From Epiperipatus broadwayi (taxonomy: Eukaryota > Animalia > Onychophora), in assembly GCA_028023455.1 (NCBI GenBank), contig JAQFVV010000006.1, positions 14,322,001 to 14,386,000 of the forward strand: DNA of 64,000 nucleotides, written 5' to 3'. The notes below the pieces were generated by a model. That model was not told the origin of the DNA. It ran no database searches and saw only the letters and a list, made by a program, of their open reading frames with translations. The position numbers and the translations under genes were made by a program. This document shows, in pieces, positions 38,339 through 52,639 of this stretch (positions within the stretch are counted from its first letter, which is position 1; every line of letters begins with the position of its first letter).

Positions 38339-38989
38339 CTAAAAAGAAAAAAAAGTGACTTAAAAAGAAACAAAAATACAATTTTTGTAAAGAGATTGTA
38401 CATTTTTAATGTTTACTCAATTACATTTTTCCATTACTAAACAAACATTATAGATCCATTTGTAAACCAAATAGTTTCTAAAAATATACTAGATAGGTTT
38501 AAAATATCTTAAAATTGGCCGCTAAATAAGCTAACAAAAAAATGTTTAAATGATAAATATCTACAAATTAAGTAAGATTATAAGTAATTTATAAGAAAAT
38601 AATTGCTACATTTTTAATACGTCATTAGAATGCAAGATCTCTATTAAAATTTATGTCATAGCAACGTGCTAGATTAAATTGGGTTATGCGATAAATATGT
38701 TTATTACTATAATCAAATTTCTTTCTTTGCTATAACAAAATTTATGAATAAATATTTAATAAATCATATTTTACATATTACATCACATGACACCAGCTTA
38801 CACAATGCTGCATATATTTTGTACCAATCCCAGTCAAGGAATAGAAATGCCCTATAGTTATTAAAAAAACTAGGGACATCATAATACGTAGGCAGTGAAC
38901 TGGTTTATACAAGGATTTTGGCTTAAATTGAAATGTTAATACGTTTTACAATTTGGCTAACAGAGAAGTAAAAGACAGCTGTTAGAGGA

Positions 38990-39170
38990 AAAGTGCATTA
39001 GATTCAAAAAATCCAGATGCAATGCTTCCAGATCCAAAAGATCTTCACTGATGAAAGCTATAAGCTAGAAACTAATTTGGAGGTATTCAATAGGACATCA
39101 CTGGATAGAGATTTAATAAGAACTACTAAATGATATCAATTGATTACTAAATCTGGCACTAGGTGACATG
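38990..39170 (+). mobile_element. Solitary degenerate copy of the hammerhead-bearing repeat
   Basis: tcttcaCTGATGAaagctataagctaGAAActaatttggagg; cleavage triplet mutated. Confidence 0.65.
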
Positions 39171-39599
39171 AATGTGGTAAGAAAAAATTTCACACATTCT
39201 TTTTTCTATGCACTTTTTCAAATCTACTATAGGTAATCATCAAGTCTTATATATGCAAAGTACCAAAAACATATACATATATACATTAGTGGTTGCAGGA
39301 AGAGTTTGCTATTTACTGAAAGGAGACCGTTTAATCACTTTTGGAGATCTTAAAAAAAACTGAGCAGAGCAAATGCATCCACTCCATACATGTGATTATT
39401 CATATAGTATACAAACGCGGATGAGCTGCTCACCAACATGAATTAGCAAGCTCAGTGAGTTTATTGTCTTTTTACCTCTGATTTTAAGATCAAGAAATGC
39501 CAGGATCTTTCTTCTCAATTGCCTGATAGCCCTTAACTGAAATATCAGTTGGGTTTTCTTGAAGGCAGAATGAATATGTGTGCGAATGATCCACCCACC

Positions 39600-42435
39600 C
39601 CAATAGTTATTACAATCATGACAGAGAAAAATAAATCATGGCCTTATTCCTAAGAAGCTGTAAAGTCGCCAGCCAAATCAGCAGTCGATGACCGAAGGCA
39701 GAGAAGGCTGAGAATCTCTGGATTGAGGATCTCGGCTGTTATTTGATAACAATCTTTCATTTAGATACTTCCCAACTATAGATCACTTTCAAGTGAAAAA
39801 AAATTGCAAGAAATAAAAGTAGAACTGTCTCATATTCTTCAGGGCTTTATTTGACTTTGTGAAGTTAGAAGAAAATGTGAAGAGATAATTGATTTAAAAA
39901 ATGAACATTTTACTAACTTATAAAGGAACAAACATCGGAAGTACAAATGGAGTAGGATTCATTATAAATAGAATAGTGGAACAACAACATTGTGAAGATT
40001 GATGATATATCAGACAGAGTGGCAAGATTAATTATTCTATTTAATAGTAGATACTAAATGCAGATAATTCACGTTTATGCACCAACAAGTTCTCTTACTG
40101 ATAAAGAAGTAAAGGATTTTTATACGGATGTACAAACGGCTTTTGATCAGACCAAATAATATTTTAAAATTGTCATGAGAGACTTTAATGTTAGAATTGG
40201 TAAACAATTAAAAAAATGAAAATACTATAAGTAAATCTGGTTATAGTGATAGAAATGAGAAAGAATATATATTTGTGGAGTTTTCAGAAAGAAAAATACT
40301 AAAAGGAAATGGAAGCAACCAAATGAAGGTACAGAGAATTGGATTATATTTTAACTGACAGAAATTATGTATTTCAAGATTGTAGTGTTCTTAATAAATT
40401 CAACACAGGAAGTGATCATCAATTTATAAGATGTAAGATACATATTAATACAGAACTAGAGACAAAAATTATTAAGAAAAAAATCCTCAGAAACATTTCA
40501 ATGATTTTAAATTAGAAATTGCAAATAGTTTTCAAATATTAACAGAAATGGAACATGATTCAGATTAGAATGACATCAATAGAAAGATAACTGACACACT
40601 TTTGAATATTGCAACAAGGATAACTGGTACAGAAAAGTAGCAATTGATCAGTAGAAATTCTACTGAGACGACAATTTATGAAAAAAAGAAAGAATATAAA
40701 AATATATAAAAATGATGCATTAAGAAAGAGTGGACAATGATATAAGGAAGTATAATTGTGAATTGCAAGGAAAGCTATAGAAGAGAATAAAAGTCTCAAG
40801 AATGTAAAACAACAACTTAGTATTAGTAGAAAAAAAGTTGGAATTATTACTAAAAAGAGAGCGAACATCATGAAATGTATAGAAGAGTTCTACTAAGAAT
40901 TAAATAGCAATAAAGAACAAGCAAAAACACCTCCTACAACAATTATATATTCTGAATTGCCCAGGATTTTAAATGAAGAAGTGAGACATGCAATTAAATT
41001 TATATAAGGGAAAAGCTCCAGGTAATGCCAGAATTATAATCGATTTCTAAAAAGATGCAAGTGAAGAAATAGAAAAATTTTTGGTAAAGTTATATACCAA
41101 ATGTCTACATGATAAAGATGTATCAGATGACAGGAAGAATGTAGTATTAATATTAATATTTAAAAAAATGATAAAGAAGATACTGAAAATTACAAACCTA
41201 TTGGTCTTTTATCAGTTCTATACAAAATTTTTACCAAAATAATTACAACTTGCCTTTAGTGAACTTCGGATTTTAACCAAACAAAAGAACAAATTAGATT
41301 TTAAGGTGGTTTTAGTATAATGGATCACATCCAAATATTGAGAGAAGTTATAGAAAAGACCAATGAATATGAGTTGTCATAATGCTTTGGATTTGTAGAT
41401 TATGAAAAGGTATTTGATTCTATAAGTATTTCTTCACTGATTATAGGACTAGATCATCAAGGTATATACCCAAGATATTGTCATCTCTAAAGTATATTTA
41501 TAAAAATGCAACAGCAACCATTAGACTATATAATAATACTGGGAAGATTAACATTGAAAAGAATATATGACAAGGTGACTCCATATCTCCAAAAATTTTT
41601 ATGGAAGTTTTGCGAGGAAGTAATATGGGGAGCTGAGGGCATCTAGATTTTGCAGACGATATAGTTATTTTTGCAAATAATGCGTTAAACTTCAGGAAAT
41701 GTTGCAAGAGTTATCAGATGAAGGAAAGTAGAACTAGAGGAAAATGTTAAAAAGATTAAAGTAATGTTCAATGCAATTTCTCAAAAGATGGAAATAAAGA
41801 TTGAAAATGTTGAGTTAAAAGAATTTAATAATTACAAATACCTTGATCAGGTTATTTCTACAGATAAAAACATAATGGATGAAATTAATCATAGAATAAA
41901 ACTTAATTGGAGTGCTTTTGATAGAAATAATTTAATATTAAAAAGAAATATGCCTATAGATTTAAAAAAGAAATTTTTTAATTAAAAGTGGGTACTCTAA
42001 CCTGACCTGCACAATGGCCGCTAGAGGCGCTGAATCTGAGACTTGGACACTTAACAGAAGACCAATACAGAGGCTTCAGACCACTCAAAGAAGTACGGAA
42101 AGATGCATGTTAGCAGTAACAAGAACAGATTGAAAATGAAATACATGGATGAGAAAACAGTGTAACTGACAGCATTGAAAGAATTAAGAGACTGAAGTGG
42201 AATTGGGCTGGACATATTGCTAGAAGAGATAATAAATGAATAGTTGCAATCTTAAAACTGCTTTCCAAAAAATTTTTAAAGGCCTAGAAAGAAACCACAT
42301 GTGAGATGGATGGGTGAAATAAGGAAGTGTGCTGGAGTGATGTAGAGAAGAGAGGCTAGATATCAGAGATGATAGATTAATCTTGGAAAGATCTTTATCC
42401 TGCAGTGGATCGACAATGGTAAAAAATGATAATGA
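39600..42435 (+). mobile_element. Near-full-length decayed RTE-clade non-LTR retrotransposon (APE + RT)
   Basis: Ordered motifs LCEVRR, GVGFII, IIHVYAPTSS, VMRDFN, ELDYIL, GSDH, GKAPG, YKPIGLLSVLYKIFTKI, FVDYEKVFDS, QGDSISPK, FADD (41649-41660), YKYL, ETWTL and WNWAGHIAR, then a tgataatgat tail. Many stops and frameshifts. Confidence 0.92.
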
Positions 42436-42529
42436 TATACAACAGTTTTTTAAAAGTTTGTAATGATGTAATTATATGCTGGATTATTTATGCCTAATCT
42501 TAATATCATATACCATTATGACAAAGTTT

Positions 42530-43340
42530 AAATACCGGGGTGGGATGGGGGAGGGGATTTTTCTAATTAAACAATTTTGAATCAAACTGAGTATGACAAT
42601 GAAGCCAAGCAACGTAAGAATGTTTTCAAGTGATTTGCAAGATTTCATGATAGCAGCGAGATCTTTAAACACAATTCACATCCAGAAGTACCAAAAACAA
42701 TTGGAAATAAAAAAAGCAAGCAAAATCATTGCCCATCACATTTTAACAGAAGATTTGTGTGTTCTTTGTGTCTCACTTGATTTACAACCAATCGAAAGGA
42801 CTCAAGAGTGGAGCACTGCAGAGACCCAAAGAAATGCAATTACAAGCGTGGATGTTTCCACTATGTGTTGTGGAATGGAAACTGTCAGAAGAATGAAAAC
42901 CAAAAGAATTTTGAACTGAATAACATCGGTTTTTTTTTTTTACTCTAAAGGCATTATTCTCCCCAATTACATTTCAAAAGATCAGATGTTAATTATTTAG
43001 GTATTTTGAATCATTTATGGCCAAAATTTTGTGCGAGCAATCTGAATATTATGATTAAGACTCTTGTAGCACGATAAGGCACTAGCCCACAGTACCAAAA
43101 TTGTGCACGACTTTTAGCCAAAAAAAAAAAACAGTTGTGTTGAACATCCATCTTTATTCTCCTGATTTAATTCCTATTGACTTTGGCTATTTCCAAAATT
43201 GAAGTTAGTCAAGAAAAGAACATGTCATCAAACACGTCATCACTCAATTCAAAACATTCACAAGTTTGTGACAAAATTTCGGCAGACAATTCCGATGGAA
43301 GATTTCAAGACTCGCTTCTAATAGTTTTACAATCTTTACC
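42530..43340 (+). mobile_element. Decayed mariner (DD34D) transposase fragment
   Basis: SKIIAHHILTEDL (HTH region), HDKALAHS...VHDFLAKK, and YSPDL at 43155-43169 followed by FPKLK. Confidence 0.8.
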
Positions 43341-43978
43341 AGCAATTTCAAATAATCAAACATAAAACAAAACAACTGGAACATTCTATGTGTACATACA
43401 CATAATTAGCACTTTGACTAATCAGCCAAATTTCATTATATTTAAAGATTAGATTTATAATTAAATAAAATATAAAAATTTTAATCTAATAAAAAATAAT
43501 TAAGAATCATTTGGGTATTTATTAAAAATGGATTGCTATGTATAAGCATTTATTAAAGAATACAGAGCTGCAAGATAAATTCATATAATGTATTGAACAA
43601 ATTTAGTTTGCAAGCCGGTAACTTTAAATAAGTACTTATTCACGACAATCGATTTTTATTAAATATAATAGAATTCATCTATGTCTATAATATCCCAATG
43701 CTGCAAGAATGGAGAATATGCAAGACTGCAGACAGCGGCCCTGATATCACAGAGGGATTGCCTAATTTAATTAATAATTATAATTTTAAAAACACAAAAC
43801 AAATTATTAATTACAGAATTTACTAGAACTTTCTTTTTAATATGTTGTATGTTACTATTATATAAATTTTTTATGTAATTTAATAAAATATTAGTTGTTC
43901 GAATTATTGTTTTTTAACACAAAGGGATAGTAATGTTAATTTATTTTGGAATCAGATGTTTCTCTTGAGAACACTGCA

Positions 43979-44370
43979 TGTATTTACGTAGAAGGAAATT
44001 AACCATTAAACCTGCGCTGTTTGTTTTTAGTGTATAAATCTATGTGCACTCACCCATCAGTAATTGTTTTAAAAATGTAAGTGAATCACTTGTGATTAAA
44101 GCTTATTCTTATATAAGCCAACCCTTACTGACTGTGCTTAATTCAGGACTGGATTAATTCAATTGTCAATTAAAATATCTGGTACAGAATATAATCAAGT
44201 CCTGAGCTAAGCACGATCAGTAAGGGTTGGCTTATATAAGAATAAGCTCTAAGCACAAAGAATTCACTTACGTTTTTAAAACTATTATTGATGGGTGAGT
44301 GCGTGTAGATTTGTACACTAAAAATGAACAGTGCGGATTTGAAGATTAATTTCCTTCTACGTAATTACAT
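43979..44370. mobile_element. Fold-back element with ~180-bp imperfect arms
   Basis: tacgtagaaggaaattaa...gcttattcttatataagccaacccttactga...caggact versus agtcctg...tcagtaagggttggcttatataagaataagc...ttaatttccttctacgta. Confidence 0.85.
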
Positions 44371-47199
44371 TACATATTGAAACGGAAACCTTCCAATCTC
44401 TTTCCGTTTCATCATCAACCGAATGACCTACTCGTCTGAACTAGTTTCGAACCTATTTTAAATGTAAAATGTTATATATAAGTCGAGCGGTAAAACTTTG
44501 CTATCATGGCCGCTATGAATGGCATCATCCATTTACATACGAAAATACGCTATAATTAGACAGGTTAGATAAAATTATAGCGTAGAAATCCTCATAATAA
44601 TTCATAAAATGTTTTATTAATTTTCAGTCAATTCTTAATTATATTCGCTATTATATTTGTATGTGGATGGATAATTTAAACCTTGGAATGATGGTATATA
44701 TATTTAAGTTTAAATAAAAAGATAAAGTGTAAAATGTTTTCTTTAAAATATATTTAACAGTTTTCTGATTTAATGTTTTATAGATATAGCTGAAACTAAA
44801 GTATTTTTTTATAAGATCTGTCAAATATGTTTTTTTTTTTAAATAAACAATATAAAGAAAATATGTTAAAAGTTAAAATAAAAATCATCCGTTTATAATT
44901 AAAAATGAGAATTTTGTGTAAACAAGAAATCAAAGTAAAATCTAGTTTACCGATTGATTTTGTTTCAACAAAAGACTTTACCATTAAATCAGAGTACCGT
45001 TACTTCTGCTAAGCTTTAACATTCTATAACACCTAAAAAGGAATTTAATTAGTGAAATCTGAATCAAATTATATGATTTATATATTTTAATAATTTTTAA
45101 GTAAATTAAAAATAACACCTCGGAGACTTTATCAGTAGTAGAAATTAGATTATATGATTTTGTTTAATTAAAAGTCAATGGGTCCCGAGGCAAACGAAAT
45201 TCAAAAAAGGTGTTAAGGCTTAGTGGAAATATATAAATAGGCCATATTTTAAGCGAGAAGATATACTCCATCTTGCTTTTGAAGAGCTATTACTATCCAA
45301 GCTGAAAATTGTTTAATTTTACCATGTCTTGCTAGTCAGGCAAAAATTTTGCTGCCGTTCCCGTGATGGAATGCCGAATTCAATCCATCCAATGCCGAAG
45401 CAACAACCAACAAGCTTATACCAAATAAAATATGCCGTAAGCTGCTAAAAAGGACTTGCCTGCGTTCCAATTTCAATCCAGCTAAAGGAACACCATTTTA
45501 AAATCGTCTCCCAACTAAACAGAACATGCCATAAGCCGCCAAAGAACTCACCTTAAATTCCAGCTCGAGTATCTCCAGTCTAGCTGTAGGAGAACTGTTT
45601 TAATATTAAAATCACAGAGCTCTGTGTAAAATTCAAAACAATCATTATTTCTTCAAAATCAAATTAGCTAACCATATTATCGTAAACACTTTCTAAATTG
45701 TTTTCTAAATAGTATTTGAATTCTATAAAATGTAATACTTTTGCTAATTTTATTTATTTATTCAATATTTTGCTATATAACTTGATCACTGCAGTATATT
45801 TACTTTTCCTTTTGATTATTTTAATAATTATTAATTATGCCTATGTTTCGAAACGGCGTGCATTTAATTATAGAATATGTTTTTTTAAAGATATAATTTA
45901 AAATCTTCATATTATTTATTATAGCATCATTTTACGCGCTGTTTCGAAACCCAAATTTATAAATAATGGCGACCCTTTGTGCCTGTTATTATTTTATCAT
46001 TTAGTAAATAATTAATGTAAATATAAAATGTGGCTTATAAATCCAAATTTGCAACCGTTAATTATTATATTATGAAAGATTAAACTAGCCTGGGGTGTAA
46101 TCATAAGTATATTTTTCTTATTAAAGTATTCGTAAGTCCCTTAAATATACTTTCCCCCTTTAAAAGTTTATTAATTATAGATAACTAAAAGATTGAACGG
46201 GATAAAGTAAAGTTTATATATATATATTCCTGTCAGTAGCATATCGTATTTCTCATGCTACAGAAGAGTTGGCTCTTTTGATCAAGCTGATAAACTAATC
46301 TGTTCATTTGATTTATAGTATTAATTTATAATATACTTCGGCTTGGCGGATGTGAAATTTATTAATATTTTATCGTTATGCTGTTTTTTTTATATATATA
46401 AGATGGAGCCACGGTAAGTCCAGCCCATCTTCCTCTTTTATGGGTAGTGTAGTAGCTAAGACTGAGCTAAGGGCCAGATTAGCACTAAGTCCCCCGCCTC
46501 TTATGAACTAAACGACCGGTTATTGGGTAAACCGGTGTTGGTCACAAAAACCCTAAAACTATTCTTCCATCCGCAGAACAACTTTATTATTATATTTTAC
46601 TTGTGCCTAGCGTATTAGTAAAATCGTTATAGCCAACTCTACCTCCATAATATGCAATCTTCGGCATTGAACTGAAGCATTCTTGAAAACCGGTTCGATC
46701 TAAAGCTATCTGGGATGCTTTATATGCCCATATTTAATATAAAAATTTATTATAATCACATGTATTATTAAATTTCACTCCAGACTTGGTTTGATTTCAT
46801 GTATAATAGCCACTTGAACTGATTATGAAATGGCATAACTAATAAGTGAATGTAGTGATTAATTATATAGCATGATATTTGGCTCCATTAAATAATAGCA
46901 ACAAACCTATTTGCCAACGTATCAATTATTGTTCAAATGGCCTAGAGAAATGTTACTTTATAAATGAAATGCCTGTGTGCATTTGCCAACGATAATGTTA
47001 TATCAAAATACATCTGAAATTGTCAATAAATATATTTTATAATTCATCATATATCAGTTTCTGTCTCTTTATTGAATCAATCCAATTCATTAATTGATTA
47101 TAACTATTCATTAGTAAAGCCCCTATTAATTAAATATATTAGATTTTATCTTTGGAATGTCTCTAGTATTTAAGTTGTTTATATATATGTTTAAGTCCT

Positions 47200-47425
47200 T
47201 GAGTCTTATTGTTTCTCCGATTTGCTAGCGGGCCGGATTAGGAATTAATTCTTGTGTGCTATCATTGTTATGTTATCCATTAGGTGTTAGATCTGGTGTT
47301 TGGAGAGTGGGTTCGAATCCAGGCTGGTCCCTGATCTAAATCTCGGGCTTGACTGGGTTTGAAGTACATTTTGTGAGTTCCAGCTCATGTTAGATGGATA
47401 AACATGTTTTGACCGGTACAATATA
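47200..47425 (+). mobile_element. SINE-like repeat, copy 2, with a canonical B box
   Basis: GGGTTCGAATCC at ~47309-47320; matches 28320-28540; ends gaccggtacaatata. Confidence 0.75.
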
Positions 47426-47574
47426 CAATGCTAAACTATTAACTTATGTGTCTGTATGTACATCTACATGCATTTTGTATAAGTTTATGTTATAAATTGC
47501 ATATATTTTATAGAATTTATGTATGTAAACATCACAAATTTAAAAACTATAAATATATTTAAAAAAATTACTAC

Positions 47575-47651
47575 CTTGATTTCGTAATTCCTAAAAAATA
47601 CATTGGCTTTGAAATATAATAAAGCTTCATCGATGATGTCGAAGTCACTAG
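47575..47651 (-). CDS. ARPC3: ARPC3 exon (77 bp)
   Basis: ttgcag acceptor and GTAGTA donor; (A)SDFDIIDEALLYFKANVFFRNYEIK. Confidence 0.95.
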
Positions 47652-48619
47652 CTGCAATTAAAAATATTAATTTTCATTTAAAACGATGTTTTAAAATAGA
47701 CATAATGATTAAAGGTAAGTTAAAATTAAAGGAAAGTTCTCTGCCCAAAGGCAGGTGAAGAAAATAGACAATAAAATAATACAAACAAGTAAATAAGGCA
47801 ACAAAATTGTATATCCAAATGAAACATTGGATCATTGATGATAATTTGCCACTCTTTACTACCCTTTTATCCAATTTACTTCACCATATTAATTTTAGAG
47901 CTAGATCTTAAAATTTTAAGATTTCATATTACTAAAATGCATTGATCGCTAGAAGAATAAAAGTAAACAGTCTTTGAATCTTTGTTCATCCACTAGAGGA
48001 TAAAGCTTTAGCCCCTAAAATGAACAATTGAAGGGGTTATTGCTTGGGAATTTACATAAACTTCTGCACCAGCAATGGCAAAATCGAACCCAGTCTGGTA
48101 ATCTACCATTTAAAAACATGCCAGGCTCTGTCAACCCCTTACAGAGAAAATGAAAAAAAAACATTACTCAACAAGCTTGACAATTGCTTGGTGGTGAGGA
48201 TGTTTTCCATCCTTCTTTTACACTTTAGCTAAAAGCAACTGAACAACAATTTACCAACCAATGCTGAAATATTTTCTGGGTTGATTACAGGTCAACTTCC
48301 CGAATAAACCTGATGAGATCCTTAAAAAAAAAAAAATTAAAGTTTTATCTAGGCAGATACGAGAGCCGCTTCTGCATCACGAAATCAATATTATAATAAT
48401 AAGATCTATATGTATTAACATAAACAATGTGACCATTTACTTTGATTAATTACGTAAGTACACACAACATGAACAATGATTGTGTAATTATATAATGTAA
48501 AAGATTCAATAGAACCGTGTATTTTTATAGACTGTTCGCTGTTACATATGTACCTGACTAATGTAATGGCTCATTAAAGTTTATATTTAAATATAAGTAT
48601 ATTATCTATACTGAACTTA

Positions 48620-48780
48620 ATGTAATTAGAAAGGATTTGAACTCAGACTTTCAAGCTCTCTACAAACTATCCATTCCATCTTATACAATCGATACACATG
48701 AGCACATATATGTAAAAAAGATAAATGATCTCTAGTAAACTTATTTCATGCTGAACCAGCATTCAACAGTTGGTCCAAAC
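48620..48780 (-). mobile_element. SINE-like repeat (B-box-like gagttcaaatcc); second copy at 52200-52345 (+)
   Basis: The reverse complement aligns with ggaccaactgatgaatactggttcagcatgaaataagttta...gaaagtctgagttcaaatcc. Confidence 0.65.
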
Positions 48781-48794
48781 TTCCATTTCCCATC

Positions 48795-49085
48795 CATTTG
48801 TATAATCAGTGCTCAGATTATATTAATACAGCAAATCTTCAAACTTCAATGAATAGGCTTCAATCTTCTCCACCGTCCAACTGTTCAGCCATCCATATCA
48901 TTGAAAATCTGAGGGGTCAGAGTGACTTTCAACATGGGAATGACAATAATATTGGCATCAACAAGGGCTTTGAGCATTCCATCATCAGACTTTAAATAAT
49001 ATGGATGGCTGAAGAGTGGAGAAAACTGAAGCCTATCGAAAGTTTGAAGATTTGTTATCTTAATATAAACCGAGCACTGATTATA
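48795..49085. repeat. Imperfect inverted repeat with ~105-bp arms
   Basis: ataatcagtgctc...atcttcaaactt...ataggcttca...cagccatccatat versus atatggatggctg...tgaagcctat...aagtttgaagat...gagcactgattat. Confidence 0.7.
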
Positions 49086-51691
49086 TATATATATATTGTA
49101 CCGGTCGAAAAACACACATCGATCCAACAAAAACCCTGAATACAGGTAAAGTACCTCGAGTCCGACCATGTACAAGATAGATAAATCAGGTACATCGTGA
49201 ATTCTGCCCTATTTACCTATATCCCCAGGTCAAAGATCTAATCAATAGCCTTTCTCGACGATACGATCGAATTCCTTTATTTTCACTGTGCCGGCAGCTG
49301 GGTCTTAAAGCATGAGATTCGATTTTATTATATTTAAATGAGAACTTGGGTGATTGGTTGATAGGTATGTTTAAAAATCAAAATTTATTTAAAATAAAAG
49401 TAAATAAAATGATTCGAGAACACTGGAAGTTTGTTTTAGTTATATATATATTTAAAATCATTGGACATTCTACATTAGTTATTTTACATTAGTTTAAACT
49501 CAAGCTCAAAAAAAACAAAAAATACAATTTTTAAATTAACTTCATAATTATATGAGTTCCTGACGACTTTATTTTTATTAGCGGTCAGCATTGACATTAT
49601 TGACTTTGTACAATTTATTTTGTGAAGTTTATACATCTTTCATTTTGTTTACATTTATTCTCTTTTTTTTTTAAAATAGCAAAAATTATTTCATAATTAA
49701 ATGACCACGGATTTCAAAATTCCCCGTGCACATTTATTACAAGCTTGTAATATAGCAGTAGATTTAAACATCTGCCTAACGCACATATATAAGAATAACT
49801 ATTTTAATGAATTCTTTATATAAGATTTAAAAAAAAAAAACATTTTTATTGAAAAAGATATGAATTAAATAGACGATTGTAGTAAGACTAATTTGACGTC
49901 TTACTCCACTAACATATAAAAAAAAATTGATTTCATTTCTCTTTATAAAACTAATAATTTGGATTTTCAATAACTAATGTTTTATGACATTAGTGGACCT
50001 TGCTGGCATAGCTTATAAATAACTTTAAAACTGTAAGCGGTTATAATAAAAAAATATATCAGTTAATTATCAAAGCAAACAAGTCACTTTAGTTGGACTT
50101 ACAACTAAAATCAAACCTATAAGAATTATATAACGTGAATTAGCCAAAACCAAACGATTTTAACTAATTACGCAAACGAACAAAAGAGTCGATTACTCAG
50201 GTCGAAGATCCTTTCAGTAGAATCATTTCCCTATGACTTACGTATTAGATAGGCAAAATAAAAGCAAAACAATGTCGGGTTAATAAATATACGAATGCAC
50301 AGGAGAGAAGAAACGTAAGTAAGAACATACGGGCCGGATTACGGACACTCGTATGCCTTTTCCAACGAAGAATAGAAAGGGAAATCGATACGTCCACATG
50401 TCGTGTCCATATATCGATAGGAGATAGGACTTACGGAGAGCCCTCATATTCGCCTCTACGAATTCTGCTGACAAACCAACTCTATCTCAAACACGCTGTC
50501 CGTTTCACAGGCGTATGCGAAGAACGGAAGCTAACTCCAAATCACAAAATCTATGACCGTTTTAGGTCTGTTCATGAGACTCCAAGCATTCTTTATTAAC
50601 CCGAGATCTTATAATAAGTAAATACGAATGACTTATAATTACATAGCCTTAAAATGATCTAATACTGCATAGAGATCAACCTGCGTAAACAACTACTTTA
50701 TATAAATATTTAACGTACAAAAAAAACATACTTATAGAAATAAGGGAATTTAATTCTCGAAAAAATCCCCCCTTCCCTCTTTCCTAACTTAAAAAAAATG
50801 CATGATAATTAACTGACGCTATCCAGCGGCGCTGTTACTAGGTCAAAAATCCATAGCATATTTTATTCTATTTTGAATTACAGAAATATAAAATTATAGA
50901 ATCCCATTCTGGGAAATCTATAATAAATTTATTTGAAATTACGGTAGATTTGCTTAGAAACATATATATATATATTCGACATAACCTCACTCGCGAAAAT
51001 AGATCAACTTACTTTACTTTTAAAATCAAATCGTTCTTTGTTAAAATTCCCTTTCCCTAATAAAACATAATTTGCTCTCTTAGCAAACTACCCTCATTGG
51101 ACCCCCGCGAGTGAAGTTTGTCAAAATAAAAAAAAATCAAAGCATGAAATAATCTCATGCTAAAATTAATATAAAACAAATAAATTCATATTCAATTAAT
51201 TATAGATATTAAAAATTATAGTGAGCTTGAGTTAATGAAAACATAATTTAACAGAAAAGGCTAAAAGAGTCAGTTAAAACAAAATTCTTAATAAACATTA
51301 ACTTTTGACATTTTTTTTTTAAGCTTTACGAAACTACATTTAGATTGTAATAATAATTTTAAAATCTTGACGACAGGATTTAAGCTCTTCGGCATTTTAC
51401 CTGGAGTTCCCCGGTATGAGTTCACGGGCGAACCTTGATGGCTGGTGGCATTTGAAGGCAGGTTCTGGCAGCAACATAACGGAAGATTTCAGGTCTCAGG
51501 AAGGAAAGAGCAGCGATTTACCCTTTTTTACTCCTCGATCATCATAGCGTGCTTTCTACAACTCTGTCTGTTCTCTGTCTAGTTCTCTGGTCACTCTCTG
51601 TCTGGTTTCTACTATTTATTACTTCCTGCTGCCTCAGGTGATCTTCTTTTAGAAACAAAAGAAATTATTCTTTTATTGTAATTTTAGGAAG

Positions 51692-51869
51692 TTTGTACCT
51701 CGATAAGGATTAATATATTTCAATCTAATTTTATATTAGTTTTTAATTTAGATAACAATGTAGAATCTCTACTAATTAATGAATAGAGATTCCACAGTGA
51801 ATGGATTTTGGTAATTTATCTATGCTTTTAATTTAAACATTTATTTTAAACTTCTTATCGAGGTACAAA
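51692..51869. mobile_element. MITE-like element with perfect 16-bp TIRs
   Basis: tttgtacctcgataag / cttatcgaggtacaaa, with an internal gtagaatctcta / tagagattccac hairpin. Confidence 0.65.
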
Positions 51870-52199
51870 TCTTTTCAAAAAGGCCATCTTGGATTCTTAT
51901 ACTGAAAAAAATAAAACATTTTAAACATATATATCTAAACTATATAAAAAAATTCAAAGTTAATTATTTGAATTTTTTTTTTTTTTTATAATAAATAGAA
52001 TAACAGTGTGTTAGTATAATTATATGATCCAAAATAAATTTTAGGATTTATTCAGGATGGTTACAAAATGTTAAAATATTTTTTTAGAATAATAAAAAAA
52101 AAAAAAAGCAAATGTTCGTAAAATAAATAATTAGGTGGGTCAGACTGTGAAACGGCAAATCTGAATCAGATTTACCGTTTCAATATAAAGGAGATAATG

Positions 52200-52345
52200 A
52201 TCTGGACCAACTGATGAATACTGGTTCAGCATGAAATAAGTTTATTAGAGATCGTTTATCATTTATACATGTATGTGGTCATGTGTATCAGTAGTATAAA
52301 ATGGAATGATAGATGTAGAGCTGGAAAGTCTGAGTTCAAATCCCT
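52200..52345 (+). mobile_element. SINE-like repeat, copy of 48620-48780
   Basis: Nucleotide similarity; B-box-like gagttcaaatcc near the 3' end. Confidence 0.65.
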
Positions 52346-52639
52346 TTTAATTGTATAAAGTTTATTATGTAACGTGTATATCAAGTTGCTAAAATAAATT
52401 GAATTAAAATATTATATACTGATAAAATATTATTGCTTAATTAGAATGGTTCCAATGTTTTGTTGCTCTGTTTCTGGACAAAGAATTTAACATATATTCA
52501 CTTCTGCATATCAATACAAATACCTAGAATGCCCTGCATGGATTAATGCAGTGGTTAGAATGTCAATCAGACGGATAAAATCATATCAATTCTAGTTCTG
52601 GCAGCGCTCAAACTCCCGAGCAATAAACAATATTTATTT

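Noticed and set aside
46670-46705. ctgaagcattcttgaaaaccggttc as a hammerhead
   Set aside because: Core is CTGAAGC, there is no helix II and no helix I complementarity
49005-49050. CTGAAGA...GAAA hammerhead-like spacing
   Set aside because: No UH cleavage site or helix I partner downstream
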